DNA of 20,000 nucleotides, taken from the IMG/VR virus record IMGVR_UViG_3300037843_000618. The stretch is one strand, 5' to 3'. Both the position numbers and the translations under genes were made by a program. Of this stretch, positions 1-6,772 are shown piece by piece. Each line of letters opens with the position of its first letter. Position 1 is the stretch's first letter. The notes under the pieces are model-generated. The model saw only the letters and a list, made by a program, of their open reading frames with translations, had not been told where the DNA came from and searched no databases. The stretch comes from an uncultured virus (IMG/VR IMGVR_UViG_3300037843_000618). Lineage: Duplodnaviria; Heunggongvirae; Uroviricota; Caudoviricetes.

Positions 1-3
1 GCA

Positions 4-1584
4 TCATTCTGTAATACCCGATTTCCTATAGGCCTTCCACAACGTGAGCTTGGCTTTCAGGTAGCTCACGTGTGGCGGCATGGGTGGCTGATTTGGGAGC
101 TTATGCGGGTGTTTGGCGTCGTCCAAGGCGTGTTTACCGAGATACGCCTGAAGCTCTGGTAGGGTATTACCACTCCCCTTGATCTTGTCCCAAGCATGAT
201 GCAACCAGCCGTCGTGTAATACTTGGATTTGTTCCTGCGGTTTGACTGGGTCAGACCAGTTGTCATGCTCTGCGTAATTCCACCCAAGGTCTTTCATGTA
301 TTGATTTAATCCTGCTTGGATGTCCCCCGCCGCCTGTTTGGCGACAGCCTTTACGTCGCTGGCGGTTATACGGCGAGTGGCAAGTCCATTAGACTGGAGA
401 CCCAGCCGCTTCGCCAGTTTCGTCAAGGCGGCGGCAAGTTCAAAGCGCAGGTCTTCATGGCGACGGTTTTCAACTGACTGTTGAAGCTTTTCTAAAATCG
501 CCTCGCCTTCTTGCACAACCCGGTTCAGGTCGTTGGTCATCACTATTTCTTCGGGGGTGAGGGGTCCTTTTTCCGGTTTGTAGGTGAGATCGTGGCAGAT
601 TTCGGACCACGCGTGCATGAGCACGGACGCGACCTGAATCTCGACGTTTGTGTCCGCATACTGGTATTCGTCCTTGTGAAGAGATTGGGGTTTCAGTCTG
701 ACAAGGTAGTGCGTGGCGACGTAGCCGATGCCGTCCCTCGGCCCCCTGTCCTCGGGAAAGTTCTTGGGCTTCCGCATCAAGGTGAACCGCTGTTCGATAA
801 GCTGACCCACGGCGGTGCGGTCGTTGGGCAGGTACAGCGCCACGCGGACCCCGGCAAGGTCCACGATGTCGTCGTAGATGTCCTGGAAGGACTGGTAATT
901 CTTTGTTTTGTTGCGCTCAAGGAGCTTTCCCTTGAGCTTGCGGGGCTTCTTGGCACGGTAGGTCACGATGGCGCGGATTCCGGCTTCTTGGAGGGCGTCC
1001 GCAAGGTGCTCGTGGACTTTCTCGGCGACCTTATCGAAGTACTCGAACTCGTGCTTGTACAGCTTGACGAAGGCGTCGATCAGGGAGAGCTTCTCCTCCT
1101 CGGCGACGTGGCGCTTGTCTTCGTGCTTCTCGGCACGCTCCTCGTGTATCTCCCCCTCGTGCTCCTCGGCTTCTGGCAGTTCCCTCATGGCAGCGTCGAG
1201 GAACTCGTCGAATGGGACTTCCGTGATCTCGCCCAGCGCCTCCTCCGGCATGTGCTCCAGGTACAGCTTTTCGGCCTCTTCGAGGGAGTCGAACCCGAGC
1301 ATGACCTTGTACTCGTCGAATTTTCCGTCCTTCATCTGCTCCAGCACGTAGACGTACTCGGAATCCTCGTTGGGGCCGATGTACACGTCCACGTGGTCGT
1401 CGTCGTCTGCGTCCACCGTGCTCGGGATGTAGCCGTAGTCGCACTTCATGTCCATCTTCCAGCTTTCCCCGTTGTCATGCTTGCCAACGCGGACGCTTCC
1501 CTTAGGCCACTCGATGATGATGGGGATACCGTGGAACTCGGTGCTGTGCATGTTCGGCAACTTGTCTGCGGTCACGGATTTCAT
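4..1584 (-). CDS. Fusion of phage-type inorganic pyrophosphatase-like (InPase) domain and RelA/SpoT small-alarmone-synthetase-like domain, 526 aa
   Basis: N-terminal IEWPKGSVR...DYGYI...DADDDDHVDVYIGP...FDEYKVMLGF resembles PPase-like InPase domains. The central part carries RelA/SpoT synthetase motifs RAKxxxxLxxKL, DIVDLAGVRV, GYVATHY and EIQVASVLMHAWSEICHDLTYK. Confidence 0.85.
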   Translation of the reverse strand: MKSVTADKLPNMHSTEFHGIPIIIEWPKGSVRVGKHDNGESWKMDMKCDYGYIPSTVDADDDDHVDVYIGPNEDSEYVYVLEQMKDGKFDEYKVMLGFDSLEEAEKLYLEHMPEEALGEITEVPFDEFLDAAMRELPEAEEHEGEIHEERAEKHEDKRHVAEEEKLSLIDAFVKLYKHEFEYFDKVAEKVHEHLADALQEAGIRAIVTYRAKKPRKLKGKLLERNKTKNYQSFQDIYDDIVDLAGVRVALYLPNDRTAVGQLIEQRFTLMRKPKNFPEDRGPRDGIGYVATHYLVRLKPQSLHKDEYQYADTNVEIQVASVLMHAWSEICHDLTYKPEKGPLTPEEIVMTNDLNRVVQEGEAILEKLQQSVENRRHEDLRFELAAALTKLAKRLGLQSNGLATRRITASDVKAVAKQAAGDIQAGLNQYMKDLGWNYAEHDNWSDPVKPQEQIQVLHDGWLHHAWDKIKGSGNTLPELQAYLGKHALDDAKHPHKLPNQPPMPPHVSYLKAKLTLWKAYRKSGITE

Positions 1585-1620
1585 AGGTTTGTTGGAAAAT
1601 CGGGCATGCGCCCAGACAGC

Positions 1621-1642
1621 CCCCTATATTGGAACGGGTAGT
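1621..1642 (-). promoter_or_regulatory. Recurrent upstream motif copy (ACTACCCGTTCCAATATAGGGG), putative phage promoter
   Basis: Matches the fixed-spacing motif found before six genes; lies ~36 nt upstream of the ATG at 1584. Confidence 0.5.
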
Positions 1643-1689
1643 TCCGTCAAGGGCAAAGTACTGGCAATTCGCGGGTTGGAGAAATGCGC

Positions 1690-1710
1690 AGTATCTATTC
1701 CATAGTAGAG
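1690..1710 (+). promoter_or_regulatory. Recurrent upstream motif copy (AGTATCTATTCCATAGTAGAG), putative phage promoter
   Basis: One mismatch in ACT; CC at positions 11-12 and GAG at 19-21; upstream of the GGAGG RBS and the TTG at 1739. Confidence 0.4.
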
Positions 1711-1738
1711 CAACCATTTTCCTCGGGAGGTACACCAC

Positions 1739-3037
1739 TTGACGAGCAAATCCAACAGGACAGAGCCGGGACAGAAGCCAACTCACGGCACACGCGAGCA
1801 ACTGGTCACAGACATCAAGAAAATCCGCAAGAACTTTACCAACGCCACGATCACGCGAGACTTCTACCGAAAGCACGGCAAATATGCGGACATCGCATGG
1901 GCGGAGTATTTCCCCACCTTCAAGGCTTTTGTCGAGGCCGGGGGCGGACAGCCCGAGGCCGCGGTGGCAACGCCGAAGATGCCCCCGGCCGAGCTTACCT
2001 CGGAAGACAGGCTCAAGGTAGACCTTGAAAAGGTCGCCGTCAAGAAAGAGGGCACGCAGAAGAAGTATACTGAGGCCCTCAACCGCATTAAGCAGCTTGA
2101 AACTGAAAAAGAAATCCTGATCGGTCTTGACGAGCACACCCCGCAAATAATCGACATCCTTCCAAGAAGTAGCAGTGGCAGCAGCTACTCCGTGGCCGTA
2201 ATCGTCTTCTCAGACTGGCACATTGAGGAGCCTGTCAGCCTCGATGACGTCAGTGGCGTGAATGAGTTCAACCTTCAGATCGCCGAAAAGCGCGTGGTCA
2301 AGGCTTGGCAAAGCGCTCTCCGCCTGTACCAGAAGGAGTCGAAGGAAACCGAGATCAAGGAAGTCATCATCGCCCTTCTTGGCGACTTCATTACCAATCG
2401 CATCCACGAGGACCTGGCTGAGTCGAACCTGCTCCAGCCTACCGATGCGATGTATAAGGCGCAGGGTCTTATTATCAGCGGACTACGGTTCCTGCTGGAA
2501 CATTTGCCGAATGATGTGAAGATCACCGTCGTGTGCCATAGCGGAAACCATGGAAGAATGACCCCGGAACAGCGTATAAAGACCGAGGCGGGCACCTCCA
2601 TCGAGCGCTTCATGTACTTCAACATCCGCGACCAATTCAAGGACGAGCCTCGCATGACGTGGCAAATCGCGTCAGGCTACCACACCATCATCCGCCTGTT
2701 CGACAAGGACAAGCCCTACGTGATCCGCTTCCACCACGGGCACGCCATCAGGAGCACTGGTGGCGTCGGTGGCATCTACCCCACGGTCAACAAGGCGATT
2801 GGCAACTGGAACAAATCGGTGCGCGACGTCAACCTTGACGTGTTTGGGCACCATCATCAATTCATAGACGGTCAGGATTTTATCTGCAACGGGTCGCTGA
2901 TTGGTTACAACTCCTTTGCGATAAACATCAAAGCTCCTTATGAGCCGCCCAAACAAGCGTTCTTCCTGATCAATAGGAAGCACCGCTGCAAGGCGATGGT
3001 GACCCCGATCTTCGTCGAGGGCGATGACGAGAAGTAA
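1739..3037 (+). CDS. Calcineurin-like metallophosphoesterase with N-terminal helical (HNH-associated-repeat-like) module and coiled coil, 432 aa
   Basis: Five metallophosphoesterase motifs in order: SDWH, GDFI, GNHG, HHGH, GHHH. TTG start 8 nt after GGAGG. N-terminus TREQLVTDIKKI...TRDFYRKHGKY...YFPTFKAFVEAGG. Confidence 0.85.
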   Translation: MTSKSNRTEPGQKPTHGTREQLVTDIKKIRKNFTNATITRDFYRKHGKYADIAWAEYFPTFKAFVEAGGGQPEAAVATPKMPPAELTSEDRLKVDLEKVAVKKEGTQKKYTEALNRIKQLETEKEILIGLDEHTPQIIDILPRSSSGSSYSVAVIVFSDWHIEEPVSLDDVSGVNEFNLQIAEKRVVKAWQSALRLYQKESKETEIKEVIIALLGDFITNRIHEDLAESNLLQPTDAMYKAQGLIISGLRFLLEHLPNDVKITVVCHSGNHGRMTPEQRIKTEAGTSIERFMYFNIRDQFKDEPRMTWQIASGYHTIIRLFDKDKPYVIRFHHGHAIRSTGGVGGIYPTVNKAIGNWNKSVRDVNLDVFGHHHQFIDGQDFICNGSLIGYNSFAINIKAPYEPPKQAFFLINRKHRCKAMVTPIFVEGDDEK

Positions 3038-3076
3038 TGCGTCTCCGCAATCCGCAACACTTTTAGAAAATCCAAA

Positions 3077-3424
3077 TTACTCGTTTTCTGGAAGATCGTC
3101 GTAGTACTTTTTAAGGGACTCTTTGAGATTGTCTAGTTCGCGGTTGCTGGCCTCCTCGACTTCGGGCGTGAAGGCCACGTTGCCGTGCCAGCCGTCGATA
3201 GACGCCATGCCTCGGTTGTACTGGGCAGGACAGGGCAGGATCACGCCGCCGTTCCCGTCCGGGAGAGGGTTGCCCTGCTTGTCGAATGAATGCCCGGTGA
3301 AGGCGATACCCCATGCCTTGCGCAACTCTTGCCAGTCCCCGTGCTCATTACAAAACTGACAATTGTCTTCAGGTGCATGCAGAATACGGGGGTCGCAATG
3401 GGGAAACTGTTGGATGTGCTTCAT
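3077..3424 (-). CDS. Hypothetical protein, 115 aa, Cys/His-rich N-terminus
   Basis: Clean ORF with HCD..LH...CQFC. Preceded by TGGTATCAT-5 nt-ATG, an extended -10-like element suggesting a leaderless transcript. Confidence 0.7.
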   Translation of the reverse strand: MKHIQQFPHCDPRILHAPEDNCQFCNEHGDWQELRKAWGIAFTGHSFDKQGNPLPDGNGGVILPCPAQYNRGMASIDGWHGNVAFTPEVEEASNRELDNLKESLKKYYDDLPENE

Positions 3425-3442
3425 GCCTTATGATACCACGAA

Positions 3443-3763
3443 TCAGCCACCGGCACCGGAGTCAACATTGGGGGCTGCGGGAGCCGGAGGCGTAGCATTG
3501 GCGTTTGCCGTATTGGTGTTGTCCACGTTCACAACCGTGGTCGAGCTTTTGTCAGGCCAGATTTGGCTACCCACGAAATGACCGCCCAGCAGCGCGTAGA
3601 AACTGAAGACCGTGCCTTGGACATTCGGTCCCAAGTCCCTCCCTGTATGCCAGTGCCAAGCCAAGATCGCCGCCTGGAAAACGCAGGCGATAGGGATGTG
3701 GAAATAGTTCTGTAGCCTGTCCAGCCACGGTTGGAGCTTGGGAAGACATTTCTTGAAGTCCAT
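3443..3763 (-). CDS. Small membrane protein (two hydrophobic segments; possibly holin-like), 106 aa
   Basis: Hydrophobic stretches FHIPIACVFQAAILAW and TVFSFYALLGGHFVG, with a Pro/Ala/Asn-rich tail. The holin role is inference only. Confidence 0.6.
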   Translation of the reverse strand: MDFKKCLPKLQPWLDRLQNYFHIPIACVFQAAILAWHWHTGRDLGPNVQGTVFSFYALLGGHFVGSQIWPDKSSTTVVNVDNTNTANANATPPAPAAPNVDSGAGG

Positions 3764-3771
3764 AGGAGAAT

Positions 3772-3795
3772 CCCCTCATTTGAGGGGTGGAAAGT
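3772..3795 (-). promoter_or_regulatory. Recurrent upstream motif copy (ACTTTCCACCCCTCAAATGAGGGG) containing an inverted repeat
   Basis: Motif match; CCCCTCA-TT-TGAGGGG palindrome; 8 nt upstream of the ATG at 3763. Confidence 0.5.
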
Positions 3796-3804
3796 GGGAA
3801 ACCT

Positions 3805-3834
3805 TTGCCAAAAATCCCGCCGATATGGTATCCT
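3805..3834 (+). promoter_or_regulatory. Sigma70-type promoter driving the candidate ncRNA
   Basis: TTGCCA (3805-3810), 18-nt spacer ending TGG, TATCCT (3829-3834). Predicted +1 near G3841, exactly where the closing stem begins. Confidence 0.65.
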
Positions 3835-3840
3835 ATGTAT

Positions 3841-4144
3841 GTGGACGGCTTGACCGAACCAATTCCCTGCCGGGGAATAAGGTGTGTCCCGCGTGAAGAA
3901 CGCTGGGATGGCGGTACAGGCGTTTGCGCGATAAGGCTGAAATAGCCGGGGTCGTACAACCCCGAGCGACGTAAGAACCCGTCAAACCGTAACCATACAC
4001 TGACGGCTGTATCGGGTTGCAGGCAACCAGTCCTGCCCAGTGCCGCAAGGCAACGCTTAGGCAGATCACCAAAGCGGCTGGTGGCTGAAACAATCGTGCG
4101 ATGTCCAAGGCTTATCCGTAATCAGTAATCGGATAGCCGTCCAC
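3841..4144 (+). ncRNA. Candidate large structured non-coding RNA of unrecognised class (~304 nt)
   Basis: 5' GTGGACGGCT (3841-3850) is the exact reverse complement of AGCCGTCCAC (4135-4144). About nine internal helices, including a GCAA tetraloop hairpin. No credible ORF. Promoter upstream and terminator downstream. Confidence 0.75.
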
Positions 4145-4163
4145 GCTTATCTTATAATACTTT

Positions 4164-4205
4164 GCCCACCCGACTGCTTTTGGCGCTCGGGTGGGCTGTT
4201 TTTTT
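4164..4205 (+). terminator. Intrinsic (rho-independent) terminator
   Basis: 10-bp stem GCCCACCCGA (4164-4173) / TCGGGTGGGC (4187-4196) followed by TG and T7. Confidence 0.85.
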
Positions 4206-4213
4206 GGTATAAT
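4205..4213 (+). promoter_or_regulatory. Extended -10 promoter (TGGTATAAT)
   Basis: Consensus TGnTATAAT overlapping the terminator T-tract, upstream of GAGGTG RBS and the ATG at 4234. Confidence 0.6.
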
Positions 4214-4233
4214 CTGGGTATGAGGTGTTCTCT

Positions 4234-4458
4234 ATGTTGGCCGAGATCGTCTACACGGCGGTGATCTGGGAAAGCGAGCGCGGCTGGGGCAAGCGCCTCG
4301 ACGAGACCAAGGAGTTCGAGACCGAGAAGGCCCGGGACAAGTTCATCGCGAAATTCAACTCAAAGAACAATGAGCCTGTCACGCCCGACTGGTACATGTA
4401 CGCGGAAAGTGGTGCGGACATCGTCCGGCCCCGCTCAAAGCGCAAGAAGCGCAAGTGA
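4234..4458 (+). CDS. Hypothetical protein, 74 aa
   Basis: GAGGTG RBS before ATG 4234; WESERGWG...PDWYMYA; GTGA overlap with the next gene. Confidence 0.75.
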   Translation: MLAEIVYTAVIWESERGWGKRLDETKEFETEKARDKFIAKFNSKNNEPVTPDWYMYAESGADIVRPRSKRKKRK

Positions 4459-4889
4459 CACTCTCCGAGTTCATCCTCGCCTGGCGTTCGCTCGCGCCGA
4501 CTGTAAGGGGGAAGTGCTTCTACTGCGGCAGGCAGACCAGCAAGGACGGCAAGCCGAAGCACGCCCATTTCCAAACGAAAGACCACGTGGTCCCGAAGAG
4601 CGCGATGAGCCATGCCCTACGAAACGCGGGGATACCGCACGGTAACTGTGTGATTTGCTGCCGGAAGTGCAACAGCGCGAAGGAGGACCTCACGATGCAG
4701 GAGTTCAAGCTCCGCAGCGGGATCGGGACCTTCTACGCGGAGGAGGTCCTCGGGACGCGGATCGACGACCTCAGCGACATCGCCGAGGTCACCCTCCACA
4801 TCGTGAATACCCGCAGGGTCGATGGGCGCAGTATCAAGTTCCATGGGAAACCCGAACCTCGCGTCCGACCTGCTAGTCAGCAAGCCTGA
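4455..4889 (+). CDS. HNH endonuclease, 144 aa
   Basis: CFYCG...TKDHVVPKS...GNCVICCRKCNSAK, a Zn-binding HNH signature. Confidence 0.85.
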   Translation: MTLSEFILAWRSLAPTVRGKCFYCGRQTSKDGKPKHAHFQTKDHVVPKSAMSHALRNAGIPHGNCVICCRKCNSAKEDLTMQEFKLRSGIGTFYAEEVLGTRIDDLSDIAEVTLHIVNTRRVDGRSIKFHGKPEPRVRPASQQA

Positions 4890-4947
4890 AACCCCATATT
4901 TACAGCCTATTTCGCAGCTAGGCGCGATACCCGCGACTATCAACGGG

Positions 4948-4969
4948 ACTACCTGTCTCTTGAGAGAGG
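4948..4969 (+). promoter_or_regulatory. Recurrent upstream motif copy (ACTACCTGTCTCTTGAGAGAGG)
   Basis: Motif match upstream of the Clp ATPase gene; TCTCT-TG-AGAGA inverted repeat. Confidence 0.5.
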
Positions 4970-5023
4970 CTTGTGGGCGGTAACGCCGCAGCGAAGCCAG
5001 CACCCACAAAGACAGGAGTCTCT

Positions 5024-6178
5024 GTGAAAAGTGCAGCAAAGACCGCCGCTTCCAACTTGCTCGACCCCCGCCGACGCAGCGCCCAGGCGAAGGAGTTCCA
5101 GGACGCCCTGCGCCAGCGCGTTGTGGGCCAAGACCCCGCGCTCGAAAAGGTCGCGGAAATCTACCAGATGTTCCTTGCCGGGCTGAATCCCCCCGGCCGC
5201 CCCGTAGGCAATCTCCTGTTTCTCGGTCCGACTGGATCGGGAAAGACCCGTGTGGTCGAGGCGACGGCGGAAGCGCTGTTCGGCGACTCACGTGCCTGCA
5301 TCAAAGTGGACTGCGCCGAGTTCCAGCACTCGCACGAAATCGCCAAGCTGATCGGCTCCCCTCCGGGCTACCTTGGCCATCGGGAGACGCACCCGCTGAT
5401 CACGCAGGAAGCGTTGGCGCAATACTACACCGAGAACCTCAAGCTGTCGATCCTTCTGTTCGACGAGATCGAGAAGGCGTCCGACTCGCTGTGGCAGCTT
5501 TTGCTAGGCATGCTCGACAAGGCGACGTTGACGCTGGGCGACAACCGCCGCGTGGACCTGTCGGCGACGATAATCTTCCTGACTTCCAACCTCGGGACCG
5601 GGGAGATGCGAAACCTCCAAGAGGGCGGGGGCATGGGCTTCGGCAGAGGCGACGTCGTGATGGACGAGGGATTTGACCAGAAAATCCAGCGTACAGCCAC
5701 GGAGGCGGCGCGGCGCAAGTTCACGCCTGAGTTCATGAACCGCATCGACAAGACCGTGGTCTTCGGCATGCTTCGAGATGAGCACCTTCGCGAGATACTC
5801 GACATCGAACTGGGCCTCGTGCAGGGGCGCATCCTGTGCGCCACCAAGGGATTTGTGATCTATGCCGACCAGCAGGCCAAGGAAGCCCTGCTGCTGGAGG
5901 GCACCGACTTAAAGTACGGCGCTCGCCACCTCAAGCGTGCGATAGAGCGCAACGTCGTCCACCCGCTGGCCAACCTGGTCGCGACGGACCAGGTGGCGCT
6001 CGGCGACGTCATCCAGATCGGGTACGATGGCGACCTCCCGGTTCGCGGCGAGACCCCGGTGACTGGGGAGTACACATTCACGAGACGCCAAGAGGGCGTC
6101 ATAATCCCCAGGGAAGCCGGGGCAATCGGGTCGGCCGCGCCCTCGGGCGTGAGGATCACAATCCCGAAGAAAGACTAA
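5024..6178 (+). CDS. Stand-alone ClpA/B/C D2-type AAA+ ATPase, ~384 aa
   Basis: Walker A GPTGSGKT, pore loop GSPPGYLG, Walker B LLFDEIEK, sensor-1 TSN, PEFMNRID, sensor-2 YGARHLKR. GTG 5024 follows AGGAG; alternative start at 4973. Confidence 0.9.
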   Translation: MKSAAKTAASNLLDPRRRSAQAKEFQDALRQRVVGQDPALEKVAEIYQMFLAGLNPPGRPVGNLLFLGPTGSGKTRVVEATAEALFGDSRACIKVDCAEFQHSHEIAKLIGSPPGYLGHRETHPLITQEALAQYYTENLKLSILLFDEIEKASDSLWQLLLGMLDKATLTLGDNRRVDLSATIIFLTSNLGTGEMRNLQEGGGMGFGRGDVVMDEGFDQKIQRTATEAARRKFTPEFMNRIDKTVVFGMLRDEHLREILDIELGLVQGRILCATKGFVIYADQQAKEALLLEGTDLKYGARHLKRAIERNVVHPLANLVATDQVALGDVIQIGYDGDLPVRGETPVTGEYTFTRRQEGVIIPREAGAIGSAAPSGVRITIPKKD

Positions 6179-6185
6179 GGATTTT

Positions 6186-6386
6186 ATGCGAGAAGAGTGG
6201 CAACGGGCGTTCACCAGCGAGGAGCCGCGCCTGAGCGAGATGGTGGAACTGTACGAGTCGCTGGGCTACGAGGTCCGCGTGGAACCCGCTTGCAACGACC
6301 TTCCTTCCACCGAGTGCTCCGCCTGCTGCCAGCAGGCGTCCTGCAAGACGATCTTCGTCCGAAGGTCCGATTCTCAGCTTCCCTAA
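6186..6386 (+). CDS. Small conserved-looking hypothetical protein with CxxC, 66 aa
   Basis: AAGGA RBS; EPRLSEMVELYESLGYEV...CSAC...IFVR pattern recalled from small bacterial/archaeal hypotheticals (unverified). Confidence 0.7.
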   Translation: MREEWQRAFTSEEPRLSEMVELYESLGYEVRVEPACNDLPSTECSACCQQASCKTIFVRRSDSQLP

Positions 6387-6403
6387 AGTCGAGTGCGCAA
6401 GCT

Positions 6404-6769
6404 CTATATGTTTATCTGCTGCGTCGTTCCCGGCAGGGTTCCGGGGACGACGATGATCATGTTAAACGGAAGCGCGATCACGAAGATGTCGGACGTCCAC
6501 AGGTAGCCAAACAAACCGCTGTTCGGTTCGAGTGGGATGTACGTCGGCGTGCTGTTGGCGCTCCCGCCGTCCTTCATGTAGACGAGCGAGGAAGGTATCC
6601 AGGCGAGGAAAGGGTCCCCCTGCCCGAGCCAAGAGATAGACTTCTGGGTTCCCGCGTACAGCAGGGGCCATTTTGTGACGGTGGGAAACCAGGTCGCCGC
6701 CGATGGCGGGGACCCCGGAGTCTCGTCCCTCTGTCCGAGCCATGCTGCGACTGGGTTGTTGGCCGGCAT
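6404..6769 (-). CDS. Putative virion-associated protein, 121 aa
   Basis: Last gene of a tightly packed operon (3-nt gap, GAGG RBS); Pro/Trp/Gly-rich. Confidence 0.7.
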   Translation of the reverse strand: MPANNPVAAWLGQRDETPGSPPSAATWFPTVTKWPLLYAGTQKSISWLGQGDPFLAWIPSSLVYMKDGGSANSTPTYIPLEPNSGLFGYLWTSDIFVIALPFNMIIVVPGTLPGTTQQINI

Positions 6770-6772
6770 TCC

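Noticed and set aside
3567..4108. Minus-strand ORFs 3567-3959 and 3833-4108
   Set aside because: No RBS, atypical composition, and they overlap a promoter and the structured RNA.
3841..4144. RNase P RNA, tmRNA, 6S or HEARO/omega-RNA identity for the ncRNA
   Set aside because: GGCTTATC near the 3' end recalls RNase P, but GAGGAAAGTCC and ACAGAA are absent. There is no tRNA-like T-arm or CCA end, it is too long and branched for 6S, and the nearby HNH lacks the PLMP/RuvC features of IscB and is separated by a terminator and another gene.
4153..4158. TATAAT between the ncRNA and terminator
   Set aside because: No -35 at a suitable distance and no TG extension; it would fire directly into the terminator.
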